Positions 1 to 9,522 of a stretch of 64,000 bases of DNA are shown piece by piece. The notes below the pieces were generated by a model. That model was given only the letters and a program-made list of their open reading frames with translations, searched no databases and was not told the origin of the DNA. Source of the DNA: a virus; IMG/VR virus record IMGVR_UViG_3300020055_000004; one strand, written 5' to 3'. The first letter of the stretch is position 1; each line of letters opens with the position of its first letter. A program made the position numbers and the translations under genes.

Positions 1-1
1 T

Positions 2-172
2 GGTGTTAAGACCGCAGTGACAACACCACCAAGTAAATTAGATCCTAATGGAAAAGCGGCCAAGCGACGTAAGTCATTCTGCGCTCGTATGAGCGGAATG
101 AAAGGACCAATGAAAGATGAAAAAGGCCGGCCGACTCGTAAGGCTATGTCTCTGAGAAGGTGGAATTGCTAA
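2..172 (+). CDS. Partial (5'-truncated) conserved T4-like phage basic protein (KRRKSFCARM...RRWNC; DUF6321-like)
   Basis: Open frame from window start: GVKTAVTTPP...KAAKRRKSFCARMSGMKGPMKDEKGRPTRKAMSLRRWNC*; its TAA overlaps the next ATG (TAATG). Confidence 0.75.
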   Translation, partial: GVKTAVTTPPSKLDPNGKAAKRRKSFCARMSGMKGPMKDEKGRPTRKAMSLRRWNC

Positions 173-999
173 TGAAAGGTTTTAAAGAATTCATAGAAAG
201 TACGGCTAGTCAAGACCAAGCTAAACAGCGTATTAGTCGAGAAAAAAAACAAGATAAAATTAAGCATGATCGCATGATGGATCGTGCACGCATACGTGAT
301 ACTAAAGCAATCAATCGTGCATCAAAACCTACTAATGAAGCAAAACAAGATCCGGATATCAAGGATCGCGAAGGTACACAGCCTGCCGCATACCATAAGG
401 GTTTGAAAAAATCGACTAAAGCAAAACGAGATGCACACTTTAAGAAGCACGGTAAAAAAGCAGACAATGATGCATCGGCATATAAAGATGCACCGGGCGA
501 TAAGTCAGCCCGTCAGAAAGAAATGCCAAAATCTAAATATACTAAATACGTAGATAAGATGATGGATGAAGAGGTTGAATTTCATGTACGTCTAGATCAT
601 CTTGATGGAGATAAGAGGCAAAAGAAAGCTGGTGATGTTATGCGAAAACATGAAAAAGCCGGTCATATTAAATATGGTGGTTCTACTGATAAGGGTGTAA
701 TATTTACTGCAAAAAGTCGACAACATGCTGACCGTTTACATCGCGAATTAAAGCCACATGCAACCGGTGTAGATATGAATGAAGAAATAGTTGCAGAAGA
801 AGGTGGATTTGCTAAAAAGGCCGAGAAGTCAGGTATTTCAGCTTCTACACTTCGTAAAGTTTACAATAGAGGCGTCGCTGCATGGAAAACTGGTCATAGG
901 CCAGGCACTACTCCACAACAATGGGGTCATGCGCGTGTTAATGCGTTTATTGCAAAGAAAAAGAAAGGTGGTTTAAACCACGATAAAGATTTAACATGA
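172..999 (+). CDS. Putative internal head protein; N-terminal capsid-targeting-like MKGFKEFIES, C-terminal DUF5824-like domain
   Basis: ATG at 172 coupled by TAATG; Lys-rich; motif KSGISASTLRKVYNRGVAAWKTGHRPGTTPQQWGHARVNAF. Confidence 0.6.
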   Translation: MKGFKEFIESTASQDQAKQRISREKKQDKIKHDRMMDRARIRDTKAINRASKPTNEAKQDPDIKDREGTQPAAYHKGLKKSTKAKRDAHFKKHGKKADNDASAYKDAPGDKSARQKEMPKSKYTKYVDKMMDEEVEFHVRLDHLDGDKRQKKAGDVMRKHEKAGHIKYGGSTDKGVIFTAKSRQHADRLHRELKPHATGVDMNEEIVAEEGGFAKKAEKSGISASTLRKVYNRGVAAWKTGHRPGTTPQQWGHARVNAFIAKKKKGGLNHDKDLT

Positions 1000-1009
1000 G
1001 GACTATATA

Positions 1010-1294
1010 ATGGCTAGTATCGAAGACACTAAAAAGATGGCAAATTTAAACAGCGCAGTGATGGATGTAATGAAGCAAAATCAAGATCTGTATCGACAAG
1101 ATCTTGAAGCTCAATTCGCAAAATATATGATTGCGCCCGAAGCCGAAGCAGAAACACCAGATCCTGCAGAGGTAGAAGCTGCGTTGGCAGATAGATCAGT
1201 CGAAGTACCTGATCCTCTGACCGGTGCAGAAGACGTAAATCCGGACGATATTATTCCGGGAGCTAGCGGAGTATCAGATGGCGAAGCCGAATGA
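1010..1294 (+). CDS. Acidic hypothetical protein (possible prohead core/internal protein)
   Basis: GAGGA RBS upstream; 94-aa ORF in operon. Confidence 0.6.
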   Translation: MASIEDTKKMANLNSAVMDVMKQNQDLYRQDLEAQFAKYMIAPEAEAETPDPAEVEAALADRSVEVPDPLTGAEDVNPDDIIPGASGVSDGEAE

Positions 1295-2831
1295 TCCAGA
1301 TGGTCCACTTCATAAGTGGGGCGAGCCTGAAGGCGTCGCTGACTATATGAAGAAGACACCGGGCCAAAAGAAAAATAAAACCATTAAAGTCGGCGAAGAT
1401 ACTGTGCATGCTGATGATACTCATTATGCTCTTGTTAAAAAGAGAAAAGTTATTGCAACTGGTACAAAAGAAGAGATGCTCAATATGCACCAAGAAAAAG
1501 GTGGAAGAGTATGGGTATCAACTAAGGGAGTTGGGGAGATTGTAGAAATGAAATCTTTTAAAGAAGCCAAATATTCTGTTGATGTGGATGGATTGCCACG
1601 TTTCTATATGGATGCTGATAGTCCTGCAGAAATTAAAAAGAAACTTCGATCTCTACTTCGTAAAGCCTCGTCTATCGATGCAGTAGAACGTTCTAACGAT
1701 GCAAAAATTAAAACGGATCTCCGTCAGCGCATAAAGGGTGCAGAAACAGATAAGCGACACGTTGATGAAAAACTTGATCCATCTAAGCATGACGCCGGCG
1801 ATTATATTAAAGATTTTAAAGATTCAGATGCACCTCAGTTTAAAGGTAAGTCTGATAAGAAAAAACAAAAAATGGCAATTGCTGCATATCTATCAGCCCG
1901 CCGGGAGAAAGGAATGGACGAAGAACGAGCATGGCATAAGAAAGATGATGAGCAGAAGTCAAAAAGCAAAGATCATCAGACTCTAAACTATACGACACGT
2001 GGCGGCCAAAAGATGAAGACTGCAGTACATAAAGATAAAGCATTTGGAGCAGTTGGTCACTTCCGAAAGATGGGTCATACTGATGTTCATTTAGAAGGAT
2101 ATGAAGGCATGTCAAAGGATAAAGAGAAACACGATACTGGTGGTTTCCGTATTTCTAATGCTGATGCCAAAGCAGCACGTGATCGTCTTGCCACAAAGCG
2201 AAAGCAGAAAGCACAAAAGTCTGCTTCTCAGAACAAATCCTTTGGTAACGTAAGATCGCGAATGGAAGAAGTCGAGCAGGTTGATGAAGGCGCTAAGCAT
2301 AAGAAAGTGGCGAAAGATTTGCAGACATATGCCAAGAAACACGGCGGTATCGATAAAGATGATTTCTTGATGGCTGCACAATTAATAGGCGATGGTAAAA
2401 TGCGAGATTTTAAAAAATTCTTGCGCTCTATGGATACAGATCCTCGCGATGGCGTTATTCAAATTCTACGACGAAACGGTTTAAAGGAGAGTTTTATGGA
2501 TGTCGATGAAGGTATAGTAAACGCAGTATCAACTGCACGTCGTATGGCTGGTAATATGACTGGTGCCGCAAAGAAAATTGATAAAATGCGACCAAAGAAG
2601 AAAGGCGGCGATTTTTCTGAGAATCCTCGTGTTAAAAAGAAGCTACAAAAATATAATGAGGGTATGGAATCTTGGAAGCAATTCCTTGAGTCATCTTGTG
2701 GTGGAGGCCATAAGAAGAGAGTAAAAGAAGGTGAACTATCGCCTGCTCAAAAGAAGCACATGGATACTGACAAAGATGGCGACATCGATGGAAAGGATCT
2801 GGTTTCATTGCGTAACAAAAAGAAATCATAA
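1278..2831 (+). CDS. Putative modular internal head polyprotein
   Basis: 517 aa; Lys-rich modules separated by V/L-x-E linkers; internal MKSFKE and MESWKQFLES motifs; C-terminal DTDKDGDIDGKD acidic loop. Confidence 0.55.
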   Translation: MAKPNDPDGPLHKWGEPEGVADYMKKTPGQKKNKTIKVGEDTVHADDTHYALVKKRKVIATGTKEEMLNMHQEKGGRVWVSTKGVGEIVEMKSFKEAKYSVDVDGLPRFYMDADSPAEIKKKLRSLLRKASSIDAVERSNDAKIKTDLRQRIKGAETDKRHVDEKLDPSKHDAGDYIKDFKDSDAPQFKGKSDKKKQKMAIAAYLSARREKGMDEERAWHKKDDEQKSKSKDHQTLNYTTRGGQKMKTAVHKDKAFGAVGHFRKMGHTDVHLEGYEGMSKDKEKHDTGGFRISNADAKAARDRLATKRKQKAQKSASQNKSFGNVRSRMEEVEQVDEGAKHKKVAKDLQTYAKKHGGIDKDDFLMAAQLIGDGKMRDFKKFLRSMDTDPRDGVIQILRRNGLKESFMDVDEGIVNAVSTARRMAGNMTGAAKKIDKMRPKKKGGDFSENPRVKKKLQKYNEGMESWKQFLESSCGGGHKKRVKEGELSPAQKKHMDTDKDGDIDGKDLVSLRNKKKS

Positions 2832-2866
2832 ATAACTAACAACCACCTAATTAAGAGGAAAAACAC

Positions 2867-3673
2867 ATGTTGTGGGGAAACAAAGACGATAAAACTTCAA
2901 CTGGCACGATTGCAATCGATGCTGCTGGAGCTGTCACCGGAACTACCACGGCCTTCACAACTGAGGCCCGTGTTGGCGATTACATCGTAGCTGATGCTAC
3001 CGGAGAGCATTATCTTATCACTGCTATTGCTGATAATACAAATGCCACTGTAGTCGCTGGTGTGCCCGGTGCCACTCTTACCGCAGTGACAGCAGGTGCT
3101 AACTATTCACTTAACGAAAAGCCTAAGTCAGTAACTACTGCTGAAACTGCAACATCAACTCATGGCGATCCTGAGTTGGTATTCGGTGTCGATACTGGTG
3201 AGCAAGCTGCTGCACGTGCTAACGGTACTCGTGGTGCTCACGCTGGTTGGGTACGCCGTGTCGAAGGTACAGGCGGTCGCGCCGGTCGAGTTCACGTAGA
3301 AACTTTGGTTGCTATGAGCTCTATTGCTGGTGATGCTACTGATGATACTGAAATCCCTGATTTCGTAATCAATGCACTATCAACTAGTCAAGATCCTGCC
3401 GGTGACATTACAGCACCTGCAGCTGTTGATTTCGTATTAGCCGCAGTAACTACTACGCCAACAGGTGGAACTACTTCAATTCAATGGGAAGAAGATCCAA
3501 ACACTGGAACATTCGCTCCGTTGGCGAACGCAGGTGTATATAGTGGCGTAACTACAAATACGCTATCGATTTCTGATTCAACTGGTTTGAATGCTTATAA
3601 GTATCGAGCTGTTGTATCGGTAACCGGTGGCGCCGATGTTACATCTGACGCACTGACACTGACTGTAGTCTAA
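2867..3673 (+). CDS. Virion structural/decoration protein with C-terminal Ig-like domain
   Basis: Thr/Ala/Gly-rich; AHAGWVRR...GRVHVETLVAM motif; C-terminal QW...GVTTNTLSI...YKYRAVVS Ig-like pattern; strong RBS; terminator downstream. Confidence 0.6.
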   Translation: MLWGNKDDKTSTGTIAIDAAGAVTGTTTAFTTEARVGDYIVADATGEHYLITAIADNTNATVVAGVPGATLTAVTAGANYSLNEKPKSVTTAETATSTHGDPELVFGVDTGEQAAARANGTRGAHAGWVRRVEGTGGRAGRVHVETLVAMSSIAGDATDDTEIPDFVINALSTSQDPAGDITAPAAVDFVLAAVTTTPTGGTTSIQWEEDPNTGTFAPLANAGVYSGVTTNTLSISDSTGLNAYKYRAVVSVTGGADVTSDALTLTVV

Positions 3674-3680
3674 TTTAATA

Positions 3681-3696
3681 GGGGGCTTCGGCCCCC
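3681..3696 (+). terminator. Intrinsic terminator-like hairpin with C(UUCG)G tetraloop
   Basis: GGGGGC-TTCG-GCCCCC immediately after the stop codon; typical T4-type hairpin, U-tract weak. Confidence 0.8.
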
Positions 3697-3708
3697 TTAA
3701 GTTGTATT

Positions 3709-4098
3709 ATGACACCATTGACTGAGCAGAACTTTTTAATATATGCAGCGGCAAACTATACGAATACTTGTTATGATACCGAGGAATTTTTTGACGATCT
3801 TAAAAGATTTAAATATCTAAAAAGACTGTTTTCTCGATATCAAGAGCGAGGTGAGTTAAAAGAGAGATTGATATTAAATCATATCATCACTCTTTATAAT
3901 GTATTTAAGCCAGATGCCGCAACAAGAATGTTGTTCTATCGTATTGATGAACGACACTGGAGAATACTAAAAACATTTCTTTTGTTTTTACAGTATATGC
4001 CAGATTTGGTGCAAGATTTAGAATATGAAGGTAATCACGTGAGATCAGAATTTATCTCTGTTGATTTGGATATAGCTGCAATTCTAAGGAAGATATAA
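3709..4098 (+). CDS. Conserved T4-like phage hypothetical protein
   Basis: EEFFDDLKRFKYLKRLF...LKERLILNHIITLYNVF motif, seen upstream of primase in aquatic T4-like phages. Confidence 0.7.
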   Translation: MTPLTEQNFLIYAAANYTNTCYDTEEFFDDLKRFKYLKRLFSRYQERGELKERLILNHIITLYNVFKPDAATRMLFYRIDERHWRILKTFLLFLQYMPDLVQDLEYEGNHVRSEFISVDLDIAAILRKI

Positions 4099-4613
4099 TG
4101 GCCAAAGGCGTCATTGACATAGCACTTATATACAGCTTCCTGAAGAGGCTCGTAACACCGTTTGAGAAATGGGATGCCTATAGATTAGGCATGATCAATA
4201 AAGATGGACAGGTAATTATACCAAAAGATCAAAGAACGCCTGAACAAGATAGATCATGGGGTTATTTTGATCGATTGGTTGCTAACCTTAAAAAATTACT
4301 TGCCAAAGTTCCGTTTGGCAAGTCGCGTATCGCTTCATTCGCTGCAGCTTTATTGTTGCTAAAAGAAGAAAATATAGATCCAGATGACATGGATTTATTG
4401 CAGGAAAGATTGGACTTCTATATGACTGAGGTAGATCTACTTATAGAAGAAGCTCCGACTATGTCTGCTGGTGGAGGTTCCATTGCAGGAATTGGCATTG
4501 GACCGGATGGTGAACCCGGTATTACAAGACGTAAACGTAAAACTAAAATGTTGACGCGTAACTATATTGAAGTAAACGGTCAACGTAAAAGACTTACAAA
4601 GGAGTATAAATGA
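4098..4613 (+). CDS. Conserved T4-like hypothetical protein (LVTPFEKWDAY.LG.I..DG family)
   Basis: TAATG coupling; motif and position before primase. Confidence 0.65.
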   Translation: MAKGVIDIALIYSFLKRLVTPFEKWDAYRLGMINKDGQVIIPKDQRTPEQDRSWGYFDRLVANLKKLLAKVPFGKSRIASFAAALLLLKEENIDPDDMDLLQERLDFYMTEVDLLIEEAPTMSAGGGSIAGIGIGPDGEPGITRRKRKTKMLTRNYIEVNGQRKRLTKEYK

Positions 4614-4903
4614 TGGCATCGCCTGAGCACGATGATCAGAATCGACGATTAGACAGAATCGAAACAAAAATTGATCAACTATCAGAAGCTATGATTTCCT
4701 TGGCCCGCGCGGAAGAGAAACTTATAGGCATGGAAAAGAACCAACATATTGCCTATGACAGACTCAACAGACACTCAGAAAAGATTGATGAATTAGATGG
4801 TACCATCAAACAAATGCACACTCGGCAGGAAGTAATGATGAAGTTTATGTGGCTCATTACTACTGCTGTAGCAGGCACGTTGGGGTCTTATTTCTTTCTT
4901 TAG
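4610..4903 (+). CDS. Coiled-coil protein with C-terminal transmembrane helix (XhlA/holin-like architecture)
   Basis: Heptad pattern RLDRIETKIDQLSEA...; hydrophobic C-terminus FMWLITTAVAGTLGSYFFL. Confidence 0.55.
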   Translation: MMASPEHDDQNRRLDRIETKIDQLSEAMISLARAEEKLIGMEKNQHIAYDRLNRHSEKIDELDGTIKQMHTRQEVMMKFMWLITTAVAGTLGSYFFL

Positions 4904-4905
4904 CA

Positions 4906-4935
4906 TTTACTTTTTGTAGCATTCGGCGGTATAAT
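4906..4935 (+). promoter_or_regulatory. Sigma70-like promoter for primase
   Basis: TTTACT (4906-4911), 18-bp spacer, TATAAT (4930-4935). Confidence 0.55.
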
Positions 4936-4967
4936 ACTATTGTGTCAACAATAGAGTTTATAATATT

Positions 4968-5969
4968 ATGTGGCTTGAACAAAAATATATTGGATTAGTT
5001 TCCAATAGACTCGAGCTCTTCAAAAGAACAAAGAAGAACGAGTATAACTTCCGTTGTCCTATCTGTGGTGACTCACGTAAATCAAAATACAAAGCTCGCG
5101 GTCATCTTTTTCCTAAAGATAAAGGTGGGTATTTGTTTCATTGTTTCAATTGTGGTGTAACACTCGGCCTTGAGAAATTTCTTGAACAAATCGATCCTAT
5201 TGTACATCAAGAATTTATTAAAGAAAAAATAATTGAAAAGATGGGTGATAGGCCAAAGACAGACGTCGAGATCTTCGCTGATAAAATGAAACCGCCTACT
5301 TTTATTAAATCAACACCATTAAAGAAGCTGAAGAAGATATCACAACTCAAGTGGAACCATCCTGCAAAACGATATATCGATCGTCGTAAAATTCCAACAC
5401 CATATCAGGCAAAACTATTTTATTGTCCACGATTTAAAGAATGGACGAATACAATACTTCCCGGTAAGTTTCCTGATACAGAATGGGATGAACCTCGATT
5501 GATTATTCCGTTTATCGATGCCGATGGCAATCTATTTGGTTATCAAGGTCGATCGTTTCGTAAAGAAGGTATACGATATATTACGATCATGATCGATGAG
5601 AAGCAACCAAAAATATTTGGTCTAGATACATGTGATCGATCAAAACCACATTATATTTTCGAAGGTCCAATCGACTCCATGTTTGTTCCTAATTCCATTG
5701 CAATGGCAGGTGGTAGTATTAAATATGAATGGACAAATGAACATTCTATCTTTGTATTTGATAATGAACCTCGTAGCCCAGAGACATGTGCCAAGATTGA
5801 GAAAATCATAAGTAAAGGATACGAAGTAGTAATTTTTCCTGAGACAGTAAAGGAAAAAGATATTAACGATATGTTCCTCAATGGGGTGTCAATAGAAGAC
5901 GTTTTGAGGTATAATATCTCTAGTGGTTTGGAAGCTAAATTACTATTCACAGCATGGAGAAAAACATGA
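4968..5969 (+). CDS. 61: DNA primase (T4 gp61)
   Basis: Zn ribbon NFRCPICGDS...HCFNCG; RLIIPF, YQGRS, EGPIDSMF, VFDNEPR, KDINDM motifs. Confidence 0.95.
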   Translation: MWLEQKYIGLVSNRLELFKRTKKNEYNFRCPICGDSRKSKYKARGHLFPKDKGGYLFHCFNCGVTLGLEKFLEQIDPIVHQEFIKEKIIEKMGDRPKTDVEIFADKMKPPTFIKSTPLKKLKKISQLKWNHPAKRYIDRRKIPTPYQAKLFYCPRFKEWTNTILPGKFPDTEWDEPRLIIPFIDADGNLFGYQGRSFRKEGIRYITIMIDEKQPKIFGLDTCDRSKPHYIFEGPIDSMFVPNSIAMAGGSIKYEWTNEHSIFVFDNEPRSPETCAKIEKIISKGYEVVIFPETVKEKDINDMFLNGVSIEDVLRYNISSGLEAKLLFTAWRKT

Positions 5970-6127
5970 GTGATCTAGAAAAAGATATGAAGGTAAATTT
6001 AATTATTGAAGAATATCGCGAAGGTAAATATTCTAAAGAATTAGTTGAGCGTGAACTAAGATTGATGGGTATGGATCGTTTCGAAATTCAAAAAGCAATA
6101 GGTGAAGTGGTGCAACTCAATGGCTGA
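5966..6127 (+). CDS. Small hypothetical protein (53 aa, not in ORF track)
   Basis: MSDLEKDMKVNLIIEEYREGK...QLNG*; GGAGA RBS; ATGA overlap with primase stop. Confidence 0.6.
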   Translation: MSDLEKDMKVNLIIEEYREGKYSKELVERELRLMGMDRFEIQKAIGEVVQLNG

Positions 6128-6350
6128 ATTACATTTAAGTGATTATTGGAATGAGACAAAAACACGACGCGCATCAATATCTCGCGACGAATATCATTAT
6201 ATTGTTCGCATGGAAGCCAGACATTATGGTATGATGAAACATTATCATACCGAACTTTTAGATAAAAATCTGCGATACGCCGAGGACTGTGCTGAAAATT
6301 TTGTACATGCAATTGGTAGTTTTCAGCATTTAGATTGGCCCGATCATTAA
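6120..6350 (+). CDS. Hypothetical protein
   Basis: MAELHLSDYW...YAEDCAENFV; tightly packed operon. Confidence 0.6.
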   Translation: MAELHLSDYWNETKTRRASISRDEYHYIVRMEARHYGMMKHYHTELLDKNLRYAEDCAENFVHAIGSFQHLDWPDH

Positions 6351-6358
6351 GGAAAAAA

Positions 6359-6568
6359 ATGGATAGCACAACACATACCCTAGTTTCGCTAGGGCTCTTA
6401 GGCATTGCCTATTACACAGGATACAGAATAGGTGGTGCAGAAGCATTTGGTGCTGGTTTTAGAGAAGGCGCGGAGAGTGCCATAGATAAGATCATGGCTT
6501 CACTCAAGACAGAGTTTGGTTTAAATATTTTTTATGATGTAAAAACAGGAGAAAAAGATGAGAATTGA
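6359..6568 (+). CDS. Small membrane-associated hypothetical protein
   Basis: AAGGA RBS before ATG 6359; N-terminal hydrophobic segment. Confidence 0.55.
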   Translation: MDSTTHTLVSLGLLGIAYYTGYRIGGAEAFGAGFREGAESAIDKIMASLKTEFGLNIFYDVKTGEKDEN

Positions 6569-6800
6569 TTTAGTCGACGCCCTTATTAGGCGTTATGAAG
6601 GTGAATTGTTAGCTGCACAAGCTAACGTTCGAACCTACGTAGAAAATCCCGTAGGCATTGGTGAACATCCGGATCTCGTCGATGCCATGCATGAACAAAT
6701 GCAAAAAATAGCTGAAGCTCATGAATTACTTAATGTGTCGCGCGCTGTACGAGCCAGCTTAGTTCCTACCGAAGAACCCGGCGCGCCGAGCGATGTATAG
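6558..6800 (+). CDS. Conserved phage hypothetical protein (NPVGIGEHPD motif)
   Basis: AGGAG RBS; motif recurrent in marine phages. Confidence 0.65.
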   Translation: MRIDLVDALIRRYEGELLAAQANVRTYVENPVGIGEHPDLVDAMHEQMQKIAEAHELLNVSRAVRASLVPTEEPGAPSDV

Positions 6801-7230
6801 GTATAAGTGCGTCGTAAAAAGAGTCGTAGACGGCGACACAGTAGATGTAGATATCGACCTTGGATTTGGCATTTGGCAACATGGTGAACGTGTAAGAATT
6901 CACGGTATCGATACACCAGAATCGCGCACACGCGATAAAGTAGAAAAGAAGTACGGTTTGCTAGCAAAGAAGTTTGTGCAATCATATCTAAAAGTCGGTA
7001 GTTCACAAACACTTGTAACAGAAAAACCCGGCGATGATGCGAAGGGTAAGTTCGGTCGTATTCTCGGTAAGTTTGAGGTTTACGATGAAGTCACTGACAG
7101 TTATATGTTCTTAGGACAAATCATGATTAGAGAAGGACATGCTGTTGAATATTTTGGCCAAAGTAAAGATGACATTCAAGAAGCACACTTGGCGAATCGA
7201 ATCAAGCTACAAGAATCTGGACAAATTTAA
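6793..7230 (+). CDS. Thermonuclease (SNase)-like nuclease
   Basis: RVVDGDTVDVDIDLGF, RVRIHGIDTPESRTRD and GKFGRILG motifs. Confidence 0.85.
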   Translation: MYRYKCVVKRVVDGDTVDVDIDLGFGIWQHGERVRIHGIDTPESRTRDKVEKKYGLLAKKFVQSYLKVGSSQTLVTEKPGDDAKGKFGRILGKFEVYDEVTDSYMFLGQIMIREGHAVEYFGQSKDDIQEAHLANRIKLQESGQI

Positions 7231-9522
7231 ATGGAAATTTTTGTAACCAAAAGGAACGGTGATAAAGAGCTATTAGATCTAGACAAGTTTCATAAAGTTG
7301 CATCGTTTGCGTGTGAAGGTTTAAACGGTGTATCCGCATCAGATCTAGAAATTAAAACTCATATTCAGTTCTACAATAATATAAAAACACTTGATGTCCA
7401 AGAGACATTGATTAAGGCTGCCGCTGATCTTATCACAGAAGATGCACCGAACTACCAATATGTCGCCGGTCGTTTGATCAACTATGGTCTACGAAAAGAA
7501 GTATATGGCGATTTTCAACCTATTTCTCTCGTACAACACGTTATTAATTGTGTAGGTGAAGGTGTATATGATGGTGTATTGATGGAGAAATATAGTCGCG
7601 AGGATATCGAGACACTCGATGGTTATATCAATCATGATCGTGATTTTCTTTTGACATATGCAGCAATGGAACAGATGCGAGGTAAGTATCTGGTCAAAAA
7701 CCGTGTCACTGGAAAAATCTATGAGACACCACAAATGGCGAATATGTGTATCGCCATGACTCTCTTCGCAAATTACGGTGAAGATAGACTTAAATGGGTA
7801 AAAGACCTATATGATGCACTGAGTAACTTCGATATTAGTCTACCTACCCCAATTATGGCGGGAGTACGGACGCCTCAACGACAGTTCTCATCATGCGTAC
7901 TTATTGAGACTGATGACTCACTGGACTCTATCAATGCAACAGCATCAGCAATCGTCAAATACGTATCTCAAAAAGCAGGAATCGGTATTGGGGCCGGTCG
8001 CATTCGGGCTCTGGGCAGTCCTATTCGCGACGGCGATACTAGTCATACTGGTGTTATCCCTTTCTATAAGTATTTTCAAAGCGCTGTCAAATCTTGTTCA
8101 CAAGGCGGTGTACGCGGTGGTGCCGCAACACTATATTATCCAATTTGGCATTATGAAATTGAAGATATGCTCGTTCTTAAAAATAACAAAGGAACAGAAG
8201 ACAACCGAGTAAGACACATGGATTATGGTGTGCAATTCAATCAGGTAATGTACGAGCGGCTGATTCGAAATGAGAACATCACACTCTTCTCACCTCATGA
8301 TTGTAAAGATCTATACGAGGCATTCTTTGTAGACGTAGATAAATTTCGTGAGCTCTACGAAAAGTACGAGCGTAAGACATCGATTAGGAAAAAAACAATT
8401 AGTGCCCGTGAGTTGTTTTCTGCATTTATGCAAGAACGAAAGGATACTGGACGTATCTATTTGATGAATGTTGATAACGCTAATGATCATGGCGCGTTCC
8501 AAAAAATTAAAGCACCTATTCGTCAATCTAATTTGTGTTGTGAAATTAACCTGCCGACAAAACCGTTAACAGACATCAACGATCCCATGGGTGAGATTTC
8601 ATTGTGTACTTTAGCTGCCATCAACTGGGGAAGTATTCGTAAACCTGCTGACTTTGAGAAGCCCTGTACCCTAGCCGTACGTGCACTTGATGCATTGCTA
8701 GATTATCAAGATTATCCAGTATTGGCGGCTCGTAAAGGCACAGAAAATCGACGGCCGTTAGGAATTGGCATTATTAACTTTGCACATTGGCTAGCGAAGA
8801 ATGATACTAACTATCAGGATCCTAATCTCGAACTCATTCATGAATATGCAGAAGCATGGTCATATTATTTGATTCAGGCATCAGCTGATCTCGCAGTTGA
8901 AAAACATGCATGTTTTCTCTCAAATCAAACAAACTATCATGAAGGTGTTCTTCCAATCGACACATATAAGAAAACAGTGGATGAGTTGGTTGCACCTGAA
9001 TATAAGATGGACTGGGATGGTCTACGCGCGCAACTCGAGAACTTTGGAATTCGAAACTCAACATTGATGGCACTTATGCCGGCTGAAACATCAGCACAAA
9101 TTAGTAACAGTACAAATGGTATTGAGCCACCGCGCTCTCTTATCTCTATTAAGCAATCGAAAGACGGCATATTGAAGCAGGTTGTTCCTAGCATTCAACG
9201 ATTAAAGAATAAGTACGACTTATTGTGGGATCAGAAATCACCTGAAGGTTATCTCAAGATTATGGCTGTATTACAAAAGTTTATTGATCAAGGTATTTCA
9301 GTCAATACTTCATATAATCCTTTACATTACGATGAAGAGAAGATACCATTATCTGTAATGATGCAACATATGTTGATGTTCTATAAGTATGGTGGAAAGC
9401 AATTGTATTATAACAACACATATGATGGTGCTGGAGAAATAGAAGAAGTACCACCTGTGCCTGAAGCAGAAGGCGCAGTATGTGATTTAAGTGATCCGGA
9501 CTGTGATGCATGCAAAATCTAA
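7231..9522 (+). CDS. nrdA: Ribonucleotide reductase class Ia alpha subunit
   Basis: ATP cone (VTKRNG); PTPIMAG, FSSCVL, SNLCCEI, LMPAETS motifs; C-terminal CDACKI. Confidence 0.98.
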   Translation: MEIFVTKRNGDKELLDLDKFHKVASFACEGLNGVSASDLEIKTHIQFYNNIKTLDVQETLIKAAADLITEDAPNYQYVAGRLINYGLRKEVYGDFQPISLVQHVINCVGEGVYDGVLMEKYSREDIETLDGYINHDRDFLLTYAAMEQMRGKYLVKNRVTGKIYETPQMANMCIAMTLFANYGEDRLKWVKDLYDALSNFDISLPTPIMAGVRTPQRQFSSCVLIETDDSLDSINATASAIVKYVSQKAGIGIGAGRIRALGSPIRDGDTSHTGVIPFYKYFQSAVKSCSQGGVRGGAATLYYPIWHYEIEDMLVLKNNKGTEDNRVRHMDYGVQFNQVMYERLIRNENITLFSPHDCKDLYEAFFVDVDKFRELYEKYERKTSIRKKTISARELFSAFMQERKDTGRIYLMNVDNANDHGAFQKIKAPIRQSNLCCEINLPTKPLTDINDPMGEISLCTLAAINWGSIRKPADFEKPCTLAVRALDALLDYQDYPVLAARKGTENRRPLGIGIINFAHWLAKNDTNYQDPNLELIHEYAEAWSYYLIQASADLAVEKHACFLSNQTNYHEGVLPIDTYKKTVDELVAPEYKMDWDGLRAQLENFGIRNSTLMALMPAETSAQISNSTNGIEPPRSLISIKQSKDGILKQVVPSIQRLKNKYDLLWDQKSPEGYLKIMAVLQKFIDQGISVNTSYNPLHYDEEKIPLSVMMQHMLMFYKYGGKQLYYNNTYDGAGEIEEVPPVPEAEGAVCDLSDPDCDACKI

